DNA of 64,000 nucleotides, taken from assembly GCA_963677435.1 (NCBI GenBank), contig OY781945.1, positions 608,001 through 672,000 of the forward strand. The letters run 5' to 3'. Positions 13,198 through 22,487 of this stretch are shown one piece after another (position 1 is the first letter of the stretch; each line of letters begins with the position of its first letter). The position numbers and the translations under genes are program-made. This DNA is from an uncultured Aliarcobacter sp. GTDB taxonomy: Bacteria; Campylobacterota; Campylobacteria; Campylobacterales; Arcobacteraceae. Below the pieces are notes generated by a model. It saw only the letters and a list, made by a program, of their open reading frames with translations, searched no databases and was not told the DNA's origin.

Positions 13198-15003
13198 ATG
13201 GAAATAAAAGATAAATCAGTAAAAGAGTTAGAAACACTATCACAAGAAATAAGAGATAGAATTATTGATGTGGTATCAAGAAAGGGTGGACATTTTTCAT
13301 CTACCCTTGGAGCTGTTGAGTTAACTCTTGGAATGCATTATGTGTTTGATGCATTTAATGATCCTTTTATTTTCGATGTTTCTCACCAATGTTATCCTCA
13401 CAAACTTTTAACTGGAAGATGGGAAGAGTTTGAAACTGTAAGACAATTTGGAGGACTCAGTGGTTTTACAAAACCTAATGAGAGTCCTGCTGATTATTTT
13501 GTGGCAGGTCATAGTTCAACATCTATTTCATTAGCTGTAGGAGCTGCTAAGGCAATTGCACTTAAAAAAGAAAATAGAGTCCCAGTTGTTATGATTGGTG
13601 ATGGTTCAATGACTGCAGGAATGATTTATGAAGCATTAAATGAACTTGGAGATATAAAACTTCCTGTTGTAATTATTTTAAATGATAATGAAATGTCAAT
13701 AGCAAAACCAATTGGTGCTATTTCTAAATATCTTTCAAAGCTTTTAGCAGGTAAATATTATCAAGGATTCAAAGGGAAAGTTGATAAATTTATTAAGAAA
13801 AATATGCCAGAGGGTACAAGTTATATTGCAAAAAGGATGGAAGAAGCCTTAAAATTAATTACTCCAGGAATTTTATTTGAAGAGATGGGAATTGATTATA
13901 TTGGACCAATTGATGGACATGATATTGCTGAAATTATCGATACTTTACAAATAGCAAAAGCTATGGGAAAACCAGTGATTGTTCATGCAAGAACAGTAAA
14001 AGGAAAAGGTTATCCAATTGCTGAAGGACAACATGAATGTTGGCATGGAGTAGGACCTTTTAATATTGAAGATGGAGTATTTGTAAAAAAAGAGGCACCA
14101 AAAGCAGCAACAGCTGTATTTGCCGATGCATTATCTTCCCTAGCATGTAAATATGATAATGTTGTAGGTGTTACAGCTGCAATGCCTAGTGGTACAGGGA
14201 TAAATAAACTTATGGAAAAATTCCCAGATAGATTTTGGGATGTTGCAATTGCAGAACAACATGCTATTACTTCAATGGCAGCAATGGCAAAAGAAGGATT
14301 TAAACCATTTATTACTATTTATTCAACATTTTTACAAAGAGGATTTGACCAAATTATTCATGATGTTTGTTTAATGAATCTTCCTGTTGTTTTTGCAATG
14401 GATAGAGCAGGAATAGTTGGAAATGATGGAGAAACTCATCAAGGAGCTTTTGATATTTCATATTTAAGATTTATTCCTAATATGATTTTATTTGCTCCAA
14501 GAGATAATAAAACTTTAGAACTTGGATTAGAGTTTGCTTATAATTTAGCAAGCCCTTGTGCAATTAGATATCCAAGAGGCGCATTTAAGGAATTGATTTT
14601 TCCCTCAACACAATTTACTTTAGGAAAAGCAGAACTTCTTAAAGTTGGAAGTTCAAAAAAACTATTTATTGGATATGGAGCAGGGCTAAGTCGTGCGATT
14701 GAAACTGAAGCTTTACATGAAGAAGATATCGCAATTTTAGATTTAAGATTTGTAAAACCAATAGATAAAGATACATTAGTTGAATTATCAAAAAAATATA
14801 ATGATTGGTATGTATTCTCAGATTCTCAAAAACAAGGTGGAGTTGCAAGTGCAATTTTAGAAGTTTTAAATGAGAAAAAAATTCACAATGTAGATGTAAC
14901 ATCATTTGAATATGATGATAATTTCATTGAACATGGAGATACTAAACAAGTTGAAGAATCTTTAGGTCTTTTACCAACACAGTTGGTTCTAAAAGTTAAA
15001 TAG
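13198..15003 (+). CDS. dxs: 1-deoxy-D-xylulose-5-phosphate synthase
   Basis: GGHFSSTLG, GHSSTSIS, GDGSMTAG..EALN, IAEQHA, DRAG. Confidence 0.97.
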   Translation: MEIKDKSVKELETLSQEIRDRIIDVVSRKGGHFSSTLGAVELTLGMHYVFDAFNDPFIFDVSHQCYPHKLLTGRWEEFETVRQFGGLSGFTKPNESPADYFVAGHSSTSISLAVGAAKAIALKKENRVPVVMIGDGSMTAGMIYEALNELGDIKLPVVIILNDNEMSIAKPIGAISKYLSKLLAGKYYQGFKGKVDKFIKKNMPEGTSYIAKRMEEALKLITPGILFEEMGIDYIGPIDGHDIAEIIDTLQIAKAMGKPVIVHARTVKGKGYPIAEGQHECWHGVGPFNIEDGVFVKKEAPKAATAVFADALSSLACKYDNVVGVTAAMPSGTGINKLMEKFPDRFWDVAIAEQHAITSMAAMAKEGFKPFITIYSTFLQRGFDQIIHDVCLMNLPVVFAMDRAGIVGNDGETHQGAFDISYLRFIPNMILFAPRDNKTLELGLEFAYNLASPCAIRYPRGAFKELIFPSTQFTLGKAELLKVGSSKKLFIGYGAGLSRAIETEALHEEDIAILDLRFVKPIDKDTLVELSKKYNDWYVFSDSQKQGGVASAILEVLNEKKIHNVDVTSFEYDDNFIEHGDTKQVEESLGLLPTQLVLKVK

Positions 15004-15028
15004 TATATAACATATCTTTAGAGTGATT

Positions 15029-15574
15029 TTAAAGATATGCTTTTAGTTTCTCAACACACAAGCCCATAGCAGTACTTTCATATCCATAAACATTTTTTAT
15101 GTAAGGTTTACAAAATCCTTCAACCATAATTGCACCAGCTTTTCCAAAACATTCACCTGAATCTAAATACTCTTGTATATGCTTTTTATCAAAAGGTAAA
15201 AATTCATAAGTAGTAATAGAAATATCGATAAGTTCTTTTTCTTTTGATTTATAAATCATACAAGTAATAACTGAAGTTTTATTTCCACTTTGTAACTCCA
15301 ACATATTTTTTGCATCATTTAAATCTTTTGCTTTTCTAAGTAGTTTACCTTCGCAAGTAACAACTGAATCAGCAACTAATAAAGGCATCTCTTCTATGCC
15401 GTATTTTTTAAAGAGTTCTTCAAATTTACCTTTTGTTGCAAGGTAACAAAAGGATTTTGGGTTTGTTGTTTTTATTGAATCTTCATCGTAATTCCCACCA
15501 TTTTGAATAAAATCTATACCAAAATTGTTTAAAATTAATGCTCTTGTAACAGAATTTGAACCAAGTCTAATCAA
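15029..15574 (-). CDS. maf: Maf family nucleotide pyrophosphatase
   Basis: LGSNSVTR, ADSVV, KAGAIMVEG. Confidence 0.9.
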   Translation of the reverse strand: MIRLGSNSVTRALILNNFGIDFIQNGGNYDEDSIKTTNPKSFCYLATKGKFEELFKKYGIEEMPLLVADSVVTCEGKLLRKAKDLNDAKNMLELQSGNKTSVITCMIYKSKEKELIDISITTYEFLPFDKKHIQEYLDSGECFGKAGAIMVEGFCKPYIKNVYGYESTAMGLCVEKLKAYL

Positions 15575-15622
15575 AATAAGCCTTTTTTATTTGTATAATA
15601 CTAAAAAATTCGAAAGTTATTT

Positions 15623-16510
15623 ATGAAATATTATGTTTTTTTAGTTTTAACAGTACTTTTTTGGTCTGGAAATTTTGTTTTTGGACGATTAGTTTCCACA
15701 AGTATTGAACCCATGCAATTATCATTTTTTAGATGGTTTTTTGTTTTAGTTATTTTAATGCCTTATATTTTGATTCATTATAAAAATATTTTTAGTGTTT
15801 TCAAAAAAAGATATATTCTAATCATAACTTTTGGTGCTTTGGGAATTTCTGGTTTTAATACTTTTTTATATTATGGTTTACAAACAACAACGGCTACAAA
15901 TGCCTTATTAATTAATTCTAGTATTCCAATATTTATAATTGTATTATCTTCTTTGATTTTTAGAACAAAAATTACAAAACTGCAATTAACAGGTGTAATT
16001 ATTTCTACATTAGGTGTTATGTATCTAATTTTAAAAGGTGAAATAAATCATATTTCGCAGTTAGAGTTTACAAGTGGAGATTTATGGATAATTGCTGCTT
16101 GTGTTGATTGGGCTTTATATACTGTATTATTAAAACATAAACCCAAAGAGTTAAACTCTTTTGAATTTTTTGGTTTAACAACGCTTATTGGTACAATTAT
16201 TTTATATTGTTTATTTCTTTATCAAGGTTACAGTTTTAATTTAGACTTTTTAGAGAATGAAAAGGTTTTATACTCTTTAATATATATTGTAATTTTTCCA
16301 TCAATTTTGGCATTTTACTTTTGGAATATTTCAACCGTTGAAGTAGGGGTAAATAAAGCAGGACAATTCACACATTTAATGCCAATCTTTGGAGCAATTT
16401 TGGCTTATTTATTTTTAGGTGAAGTATTAAAATCTTATCATTTAGTTGGAATAACCTTAATAGGTTTAGGGATTTATTTATCAATATTTTTTAAAAGAGA
16501 AAAAATATAA
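15623..16510 (+). CDS. DMT/EamA family transporter
   Basis: 10 TM helices, FWSGNFVFGR start, LGE motif in duplicated EamA repeats. Confidence 0.88.
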   Translation: MKYYVFLVLTVLFWSGNFVFGRLVSTSIEPMQLSFFRWFFVLVILMPYILIHYKNIFSVFKKRYILIITFGALGISGFNTFLYYGLQTTTATNALLINSSIPIFIIVLSSLIFRTKITKLQLTGVIISTLGVMYLILKGEINHISQLEFTSGDLWIIAACVDWALYTVLLKHKPKELNSFEFFGLTTLIGTIILYCLFLYQGYSFNLDFLENEKVLYSLIYIVIFPSILAFYFWNISTVEVGVNKAGQFTHLMPIFGAILAYLFLGEVLKSYHLVGITLIGLGIYLSIFFKREKI

Positions 16511-17799
16511 TGGCACTTTTATCAAAATTATCAGGTACTTTTATCTTCTTCTCTTTTATCTTGACAATATATGCATATTTCTTTAATAATAATTTCCTCA
16601 TTATTGCAGGATTATTCGCTTGGATTTCGCTACTAATACTTTTTTCAGGACTTAAGAGTAAAAAGATAATTATAATCTTATTTATATTGAGTTTTTTTGC
16701 TTTTGCTTTTTCCTATTTTAATAATTACAAAATTGATTTTATAAAAGTCTTTACTGTTAATCAATATTTATTAACACTACTAATAGCTGTTGGATTTTTA
16801 AGATTAATTGCAAGTCCAAAAAAAGAGAAAATATCAGAATTACCAAAAGGAAAAAAATCATTTATTAAAACATATATAAGTGTTCATCTTTTTGGTTCAG
16901 TTATTAATTTATCTTCACTGATTTTAGTAGCTGATAAGATGTATAAAAAAGCACCTCTGAGTGCTACTCAAATTGTCTTATTAACAAGAGCATTTGCAAG
17001 TGATGCTTTTTGGTCTCCATTTTTTGTAGCTTTTGCTGCTGCGATTACTTATGCACCAAGACTAAATACTTCAATTATTTTACTAAATGGAATAATTTTA
17101 GCTTTATTGGCTTTTTTCATTACATATTATGAAGTATTAAAAAATAAAGAGTTTAATATAGATGAATTTAATGGTTATCCTTTATCTTTTGAGAGTTTAT
17201 ATTTGCCATTTCTATTGGCTTTATTAGTATTATTTACTAATCATTTTCATCCAGAAATAAAAGTAATTATATTAATTTCAACTTATTCTGTTTTAATGAC
17301 ACTTCTGATTTTGCCTTTAAAAAAAGGAATAAAAGAATCTTTTAAAAAATTAAATTCACATATAATAGATGAATTACCTAGAATGAAAGGTGAATTATCT
17401 CTATTTTTAGTAGCAGGGATGTTTGGTATTTCAGTTAGTTCAATATTAATGGGAATGAATTTAAATCTTCCTTTTGAAGTTTTTGATTGGCAAATTGCTT
17501 CAATATTACTTTTTATATTTATTATATTTGCTTTTATTGGGATTCATCCAATTATTACAATAGCAATAATTGGGGACTTTTTAAGTGGAGTAAATCATAC
17601 CCTTTTAGCTGTTACATTTTTAATGGCTTGGTCGATTACCGTTTCAACATCACCATTTTCAGGTTTAAATCTTACAATTGTAGCTAGGTATAATTTTGAA
17701 GCAAAAGAGATTTTTAAATTAAATATTTTTTATGCTGTAAAAATGTATTTAATTTCTGTTTTATGTTTATTTATTTTATCAAATTACTTAAAATTATAA
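16510..17799 (+). CDS. Uncharacterised polytopic membrane protein (probable transporter)
   Basis: 429 aa with about 12 hydrophobic segments; TAATG coupling to the DMT gene. Confidence 0.65.
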   Translation: MALLSKLSGTFIFFSFILTIYAYFFNNNFLIIAGLFAWISLLILFSGLKSKKIIIILFILSFFAFAFSYFNNYKIDFIKVFTVNQYLLTLLIAVGFLRLIASPKKEKISELPKGKKSFIKTYISVHLFGSVINLSSLILVADKMYKKAPLSATQIVLLTRAFASDAFWSPFFVAFAAAITYAPRLNTSIILLNGIILALLAFFITYYEVLKNKEFNIDEFNGYPLSFESLYLPFLLALLVLFTNHFHPEIKVIILISTYSVLMTLLILPLKKGIKESFKKLNSHIIDELPRMKGELSLFLVAGMFGISVSSILMGMNLNLPFEVFDWQIASILLFIFIIFAFIGIHPIITIAIIGDFLSGVNHTLLAVTFLMAWSITVSTSPFSGLNLTIVARYNFEAKEIFKLNIFYAVKMYLISVLCLFILSNYLKL

Positions 17800-17807
17800 A
17801 AAATCAT

Positions 17808-17819
17808 ATGATTATCATT
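17808..17819. promoter_or_regulatory. Fur/PerR-box-like site
   Basis: ATGATTATCATT (reverse AATGATAATCAT) equals the core of the Fur consensus GATAATGATAATCATTATC; about 13/19 overall. Confidence 0.35.
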
Positions 17820-17840
17820 TTATTTTTATAGAATAATTTA

Positions 17841-17915
17841 AATATCGTAGATGCACAAAATATTTATATTCTTTCTGCTTCCTAAATCTATAAATTGTGC
17901 ATTTACTTTATTTTT
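17841..17915 (+). ncRNA. Candidate hairpin sRNA (alternatively a long-loop terminator)
   Basis: Stem gtagatgcaca..atttata / tataaat-tgtgcatttac, 20-nt C/U-rich loop, trailing T-rich run, TAGAAT upstream. Confidence 0.3.
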
Positions 17916-17960
17916 AATATTATTCGTTACAATAAGCCTAAATTATTTTAAGAGATCAAT

Positions 17961-18887
17961 ATGAATTTATTTTTTATTTTATTAGGCAAAATTTCTCCTT
18001 TATATCTAAACATTGCATTTGGATATATTCTAACAAGATATTTTAAGGTTAAACGAGATTTTATAGCTACGCTTCTTATTTATATTTTAGGACCAATTGT
18101 AATTTTCTTCGCAACACTTTCAATTGAAATAAATCTACAATTAGTTTTTCTTCCATTATTTGTTTTTTTCTTTGGCTCATCAATTGCTTTTTATATATTA
18201 AAAAGATATAAAAAAGATTGGAATGATGCTAGTATAAATACTTTAGCATTTACTTGTGGAACTGGAAATACTGGATATTTTGGTATTCCGTTAGCTATGA
18301 TTTTATTAAGTCCTGAATCTGCAAATATTTTTATTTTTGCAACACTTGCTTCTTTATTATATGAAAATACAACAGGTTTTTATGTAACAGCAAAAGGTAC
18401 TTTTACAGCGAGACAATCTATTGTAAAAGTAATTAAACTTCCACTACTATACGCTTTCATAGCAGGGCTTACTTTAAACGTTTTAGGTTTTAGAATACCT
18501 GAGTTAATAATTCCTTATTTTGAGGGATTTAAATGGGCTTATGGAATCTTAGGAATGATGATGCTTGGTATGGGAATGAAAGGTTTTGATTTAAAAACGG
18601 ATGCTGATATTAAGTATTTAAAAGTAGCATATTTTTATAAATTTATTTTTTGGCCAGTATCAATACTATTTATAATTTTTATAGATAAAACATTTATAGG
18701 TTTTTTAAGTGAAGAGATTTATAAAGTGTTATTTCTATTCTCAGTTGTACCACTTGCAGGAAATACTGTAACTTTGGCAGTATTATTAAAAGCAAGACCT
18801 GAAAAGGCCTCTTTTACTGTTTTATTAAGTACATTAATTTCAGTTGTTTATATACCAGTTGTTTTGATTATTTATGGTGGGTTTTAG
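17961..18887 (+). CDS. AEC (auxin efflux carrier/malate permease) family transporter
   Basis: 10 TM helices, GNTGYFGIPL motif. Confidence 0.88.
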   Translation: MNLFFILLGKISPLYLNIAFGYILTRYFKVKRDFIATLLIYILGPIVIFFATLSIEINLQLVFLPLFVFFFGSSIAFYILKRYKKDWNDASINTLAFTCGTGNTGYFGIPLAMILLSPESANIFIFATLASLLYENTTGFYVTAKGTFTARQSIVKVIKLPLLYAFIAGLTLNVLGFRIPELIIPYFEGFKWAYGILGMMMLGMGMKGFDLKTDADIKYLKVAYFYKFIFWPVSILFIIFIDKTFIGFLSEEIYKVLFLFSVVPLAGNTVTLAVLLKARPEKASFTVLLSTLISVVYIPVVLIIYGGF

Positions 18888-18892
18888 AAGAA

Positions 18893-19549
18893 TTAATTAA
18901 TAATTCTTCTAGCTGTCCAGTAAGTTTGTTTATAAAAAGGTTTGTCTAATTTTGTAAATTGAATACCTTTAATTGAAGAGTGTAAAAAGCTTCCATTCCC
19001 CATATAAATTCCTACATGATTATTTCTCTTACTTGTTTTGAAAAAAACTAAATCACCCATTTTAAGGTCAGATTTTTTTACTTCAACACCTACTTTTACT
19101 TGAGTAGTTGTAGTTCTTGGTAATTCAATACCAAATTTTTCTCTAAATGCTTTTTGTGTAAATCCAGAACAATCTATACCTGTTCTTGAAGTTCCACCCA
19201 TTTTGTATTTTACATTTTTCCAATCACTATAAAAATCAAGGAAAGCTTGTTTTTTTGTTAGGATTTTAGAAGTTGGTGTGTCATTTGTTGCATTTTCATC
19301 ATTTGTTAAAACTAGTTTGTCATAACTTGTTTTACTTATTTTAGGTTCATATCGTAAGTGAGGTCTATCTTTTAGTTTGTTATTCTCTGATTCGTAAGAT
19401 GATTTATAATCATTGTAAGAAATGTTTGAGGCATTTAAGCTACTCGTATCTTTTATTTTATTGTTTTCTTCTATCTGTATATCTTTGTTATTACTACAAG
19501 CTGTAAGCAATAACATAATAGGCAGAAGCATAAAGGTCTTCTTTGTCAC
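18893..19549 (-). CDS. NlpC/P60 (C40) peptidoglycan endopeptidase lipoprotein
   Basis: Lipobox LTAC; YKMGG, DCSGF, GDLVFF, HVGIY, FLHSS. Confidence 0.92.
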   Translation of the reverse strand: MTKKTFMLLPIMLLLTACSNNKDIQIEENNKIKDTSSLNASNISYNDYKSSYESENNKLKDRPHLRYEPKISKTSYDKLVLTNDENATNDTPTSKILTKKQAFLDFYSDWKNVKYKMGGTSRTGIDCSGFTQKAFREKFGIELPRTTTTQVKVGVEVKKSDLKMGDLVFFKTSKRNNHVGIYMGNGSFLHSSIKGIQFTKLDKPFYKQTYWTARRIIN

Positions 19550-19572
19550 TAATTTCTCCTTTTATAACAAAA

Positions 19573-20181
19573 TTAATTTATAATTCTTCGAGCTTTCCAG
19601 TAATTTTCTTTAAAATAGACATTATCTAACTCAGATATTGTCACACCATTTGATGTAGATGCATGAATAAACATTCCATCTTCAAGGTAGATGCCTACAT
19701 GATTAGTATCACCTGTTCTAAAAAAAACTAAATCACCACTTTTAAGTTCACTTTTATCTATTTCCTTACCAAGTTTTGATTGCATATCAGTTGTTCTTGG
19801 TACTGATAAGTCAAATTTCTCGCTAAAGGCTTTTTGAATAAAAGCTGAACAATCTATACCATCTTTAGAAGTGCCACCAAATTTATATCCAACACCTTCC
19901 CATTCGCTATAAAAATCGAATAGTTCAAGGTTTAAACCCATTCTATCATCTTGAAAAGCTTGATCATTTTTAAATGAATCAAAATCTTTCTTTGATTTAG
20001 TAAGTTCTTTGTACTTTTTCAGTCTTAAATCTCTTTGTCTTATAGTGTTTTCTAATGATGCACTTTGAAAAATGTATTGATTATCAGAAAAATCTGAATT
20101 GTCAACATAGTTAGATGTACAACCACTCATAACAGCAATAGAAGAAAGAATAAATAAGAAGTTTTTTATGTACCCAGTCAC
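19573..20181 (-). CDS. NlpC/P60 (C40) peptidoglycan endopeptidase lipoprotein
   Basis: Lipobox MSGC; YKFGG, DCSAF, GDLVFF, HVGIY, FIHAS. Confidence 0.92.
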   Translation of the reverse strand: MTGYIKNFLFILSSIAVMSGCTSNYVDNSDFSDNQYIFQSASLENTIRQRDLRLKKYKELTKSKKDFDSFKNDQAFQDDRMGLNLELFDFYSEWEGVGYKFGGTSKDGIDCSAFIQKAFSEKFDLSVPRTTDMQSKLGKEIDKSELKSGDLVFFRTGDTNHVGIYLEDGMFIHASTSNGVTISELDNVYFKENYWKARRIIN

Positions 20182-20295
20182 ACTAAATACCTTTTACATA
20201 TAGTTTTCCGATTTTTATAATATTAAAAAAAAAAGAATATGTCAAGTTTTAATTTCTAAGTTGTATAATATAACTATAAAAAAAAGGATTTAAAT

Positions 20296-20859
20296 ATGAA
20301 AATTATTATGTATTTATCATTGCTACTACTATTGGCTGGATGTTCTGCTAGCTCAAATTATTTTATAGATAATTCTGAAATTTTAAATAATAATAAAAAA
20401 ATCTATACCCATGATGTATGTACAAATTTCTCATATATTTCACAAAATCAAGAAGAAAAATATGGAAAGTTATTTTATGAATATATTAATCTTGATAGTT
20501 CTTGTCATTGGAACGGAATGCAAAGAGGTTTTTTTGATGATTTATTTAAATCAACTCTAAAATTAAATAGTATTAAAGTTATTGAAAGAAAGAACTATAA
20601 AAATTATGAGTTTAGTACATATTTAATTGATAATAAATATTATATGAATCTAATTTATAAATATTCAGTATATGAAGATCTATTTATTATTGATTATGAT
20701 GGTAAGTTTTTTGACGAAGAAATTAGAAAATTCGATATAAATTATGTGAATAAATTTTTAAATGAACCTAGATTTGATTCAAATTATTCAAATAGTTTAG
20801 TAAGAATGAATATTCTAAATAGGTATTTTTCTACAAATAGGAGTGATTTTGAGAATTAA
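20296..20859 (+). CDS. Hypothetical lipoprotein
   Basis: Lipobox LAGC, AAGGA RBS. Confidence 0.75.
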   Translation: MKIIMYLSLLLLLAGCSASSNYFIDNSEILNNNKKIYTHDVCTNFSYISQNQEEKYGKLFYEYINLDSSCHWNGMQRGFFDDLFKSTLKLNSIKVIERKNYKNYEFSTYLIDNKYYMNLIYKYSVYEDLFIIDYDGKFFDEEIRKFDINYVNKFLNEPRFDSNYSNSLVRMNILNRYFSTNRSDFEN

Positions 20860-21988
20860 CTTATTCATAATTGTTTATTGCATTATAATAGTTTTATCTG
20901 TTATGTATGCAACTCAACCATTACAGCCATTACTTGCAAAACAGTTTGATATATCAATTATAAAGGCTTCACAATTTACAGCTGTTATAATGCTATTTCT
21001 AGCAATTTCTCCTATTGTATATGGGTATGTACTTGAAAAAGTATGTGCAAAAAAAATGCTTACATACTCATCTATAATTTTGCTAATCACAAATATTTTT
21101 TTGGGAATGGCAAAGTCATATGAAATGTTTTTATCACTTAGAATTTGTGAAGCTTTAGTTGTTCCAGCAATTTTAACTGCACTTATGAGTATATTAGCAA
21201 ATACTGATAAAGAAAATATTAAATTTAATATGTCAATATATGTAGCTTCTACTGTATTTGGAGGACTTGTAGGAAGATTGTTTTCTGGCTTTATTGCAAC
21301 TAATTTTTCTTATGAATATGTTTTTTATTCTTTATCAGCTGCTTTATTTGTATCAATTTTATTAATTCAGAAATTATCTTTTGAGGGTGATGCAAAACTT
21401 GTTAAACCTAAATTGAATGATATATTAACTATATTAAAAGATAAAAGATTTGCGTTAGTTTATTTTATTATGTTTTGTATGTTTTTCGTTTTTGGTGGAG
21501 TTTTAAATATTTTGCCATTTAGAGTAAAAGATATATCAGATTCAGTTAATGAATTTCAGATAAGTCTTTTATATTTAGGTTATGGTATGGGAATTGTTGT
21601 TTCATTAGCTTCTAAAAGAATAGTTAATTTTTTCAAAAATGAGCTAAATACTATAATAATTTCAATTTCATTTTTTCTTTTTATTTTAGTATTTCTCGTA
21701 ACAAGTAATGTAATATATCTTTTTATTTTATTGTTTTTATTTTGTATTGGAATGTTTACCGTTCATACGGTTTCAACGGGGCTTGCAAATTCTATGAAAG
21801 CATCTCAAAAATCATTAACATCAGGTATGTATCTAAGTTTCTATTATATAGGTGGAGCAACTGGTTCATTTCTTCCATCTATTATATATAAATATTTTGG
21901 TTGGGATATTATGATTTATTGTTTTGTATTTATTTTATTAGTTGTTCTTGTGGTGACTTATAAGAGTAGAGAGTTGTTTAATCATTAA
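20843..21988 (+). CDS. MFS transporter (YnfM-like)
   Basis: 12 TM helices, YATQPLQP, GGLVGR, YLSFYYIGG. Confidence 0.88.
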   Translation: MILRINLFIIVYCIIIVLSVMYATQPLQPLLAKQFDISIIKASQFTAVIMLFLAISPIVYGYVLEKVCAKKMLTYSSIILLITNIFLGMAKSYEMFLSLRICEALVVPAILTALMSILANTDKENIKFNMSIYVASTVFGGLVGRLFSGFIATNFSYEYVFYSLSAALFVSILLIQKLSFEGDAKLVKPKLNDILTILKDKRFALVYFIMFCMFFVFGGVLNILPFRVKDISDSVNEFQISLLYLGYGMGIVVSLASKRIVNFFKNELNTIIISISFFLFILVFLVTSNVIYLFILLFLFCIGMFTVHTVSTGLANSMKASQKSLTSGMYLSFYYIGGATGSFLPSIIYKYFGWDIMIYCFVFILLVVLVVTYKSRELFNH

Positions 21989-21998
21989 TTAGAGGATT

Positions 21999-22478
21999 TT
22001 AAAATCCTCTAAGAGTTATTCCTAAAATAATTGCAACTAATCCTAAAACTATGTTTATAGGAATTAGATATTTTGCAAGTGGAGCTAATTGATTTTTAGC
22101 ACTTGCAAAATCTGCATTATCAAAAGCTTTTTGAGCTTTGTTTCTTTTCCTATATATAACAATAAAGATAATAGTCATTACTGACCAAACTATCTCTTTT
22201 AAGATAACAAATTTATAAAGTTCTCCATCTTTAAATCCTAAAGCTAATATCATTATAATAGCTGTTGTAATTAAAAGAATAATAGATGGAATAACCATTG
22301 AAAAAAATCTTTTTAGATTTTCTAAAGTTCTTCCTAATTTTATTTTTGGATCTTCAATATTTTGCATAGAGTAATGAACTGCAAATCTGATTACAATCAT
22401 TCCTCCTACCCAAATTATTGCAGATATAATATGTAAGAATATAATCAGTGTTGAAAAATTATTAAAAAATTCACTCAA
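21999..22478 (-). CDS. Membrane protein, CopD-like N-terminus
   Basis: LHIISAIIWVGGM motif, 4 TM helices; directly downstream of alaS. Confidence 0.6.
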   Translation of the reverse strand: MSEFFNNFSTLIIFLHIISAIIWVGGMIVIRFAVHYSMQNIEDPKIKLGRTLENLKRFFSMVIPSIILLITTAIIMILALGFKDGELYKFVILKEIVWSVMTIIFIVIYRKRNKAQKAFDNADFASAKNQLAPLAKYLIPINIVLGLVAIILGITLRGF

Positions 22479-22487
22479 TTTAATACC

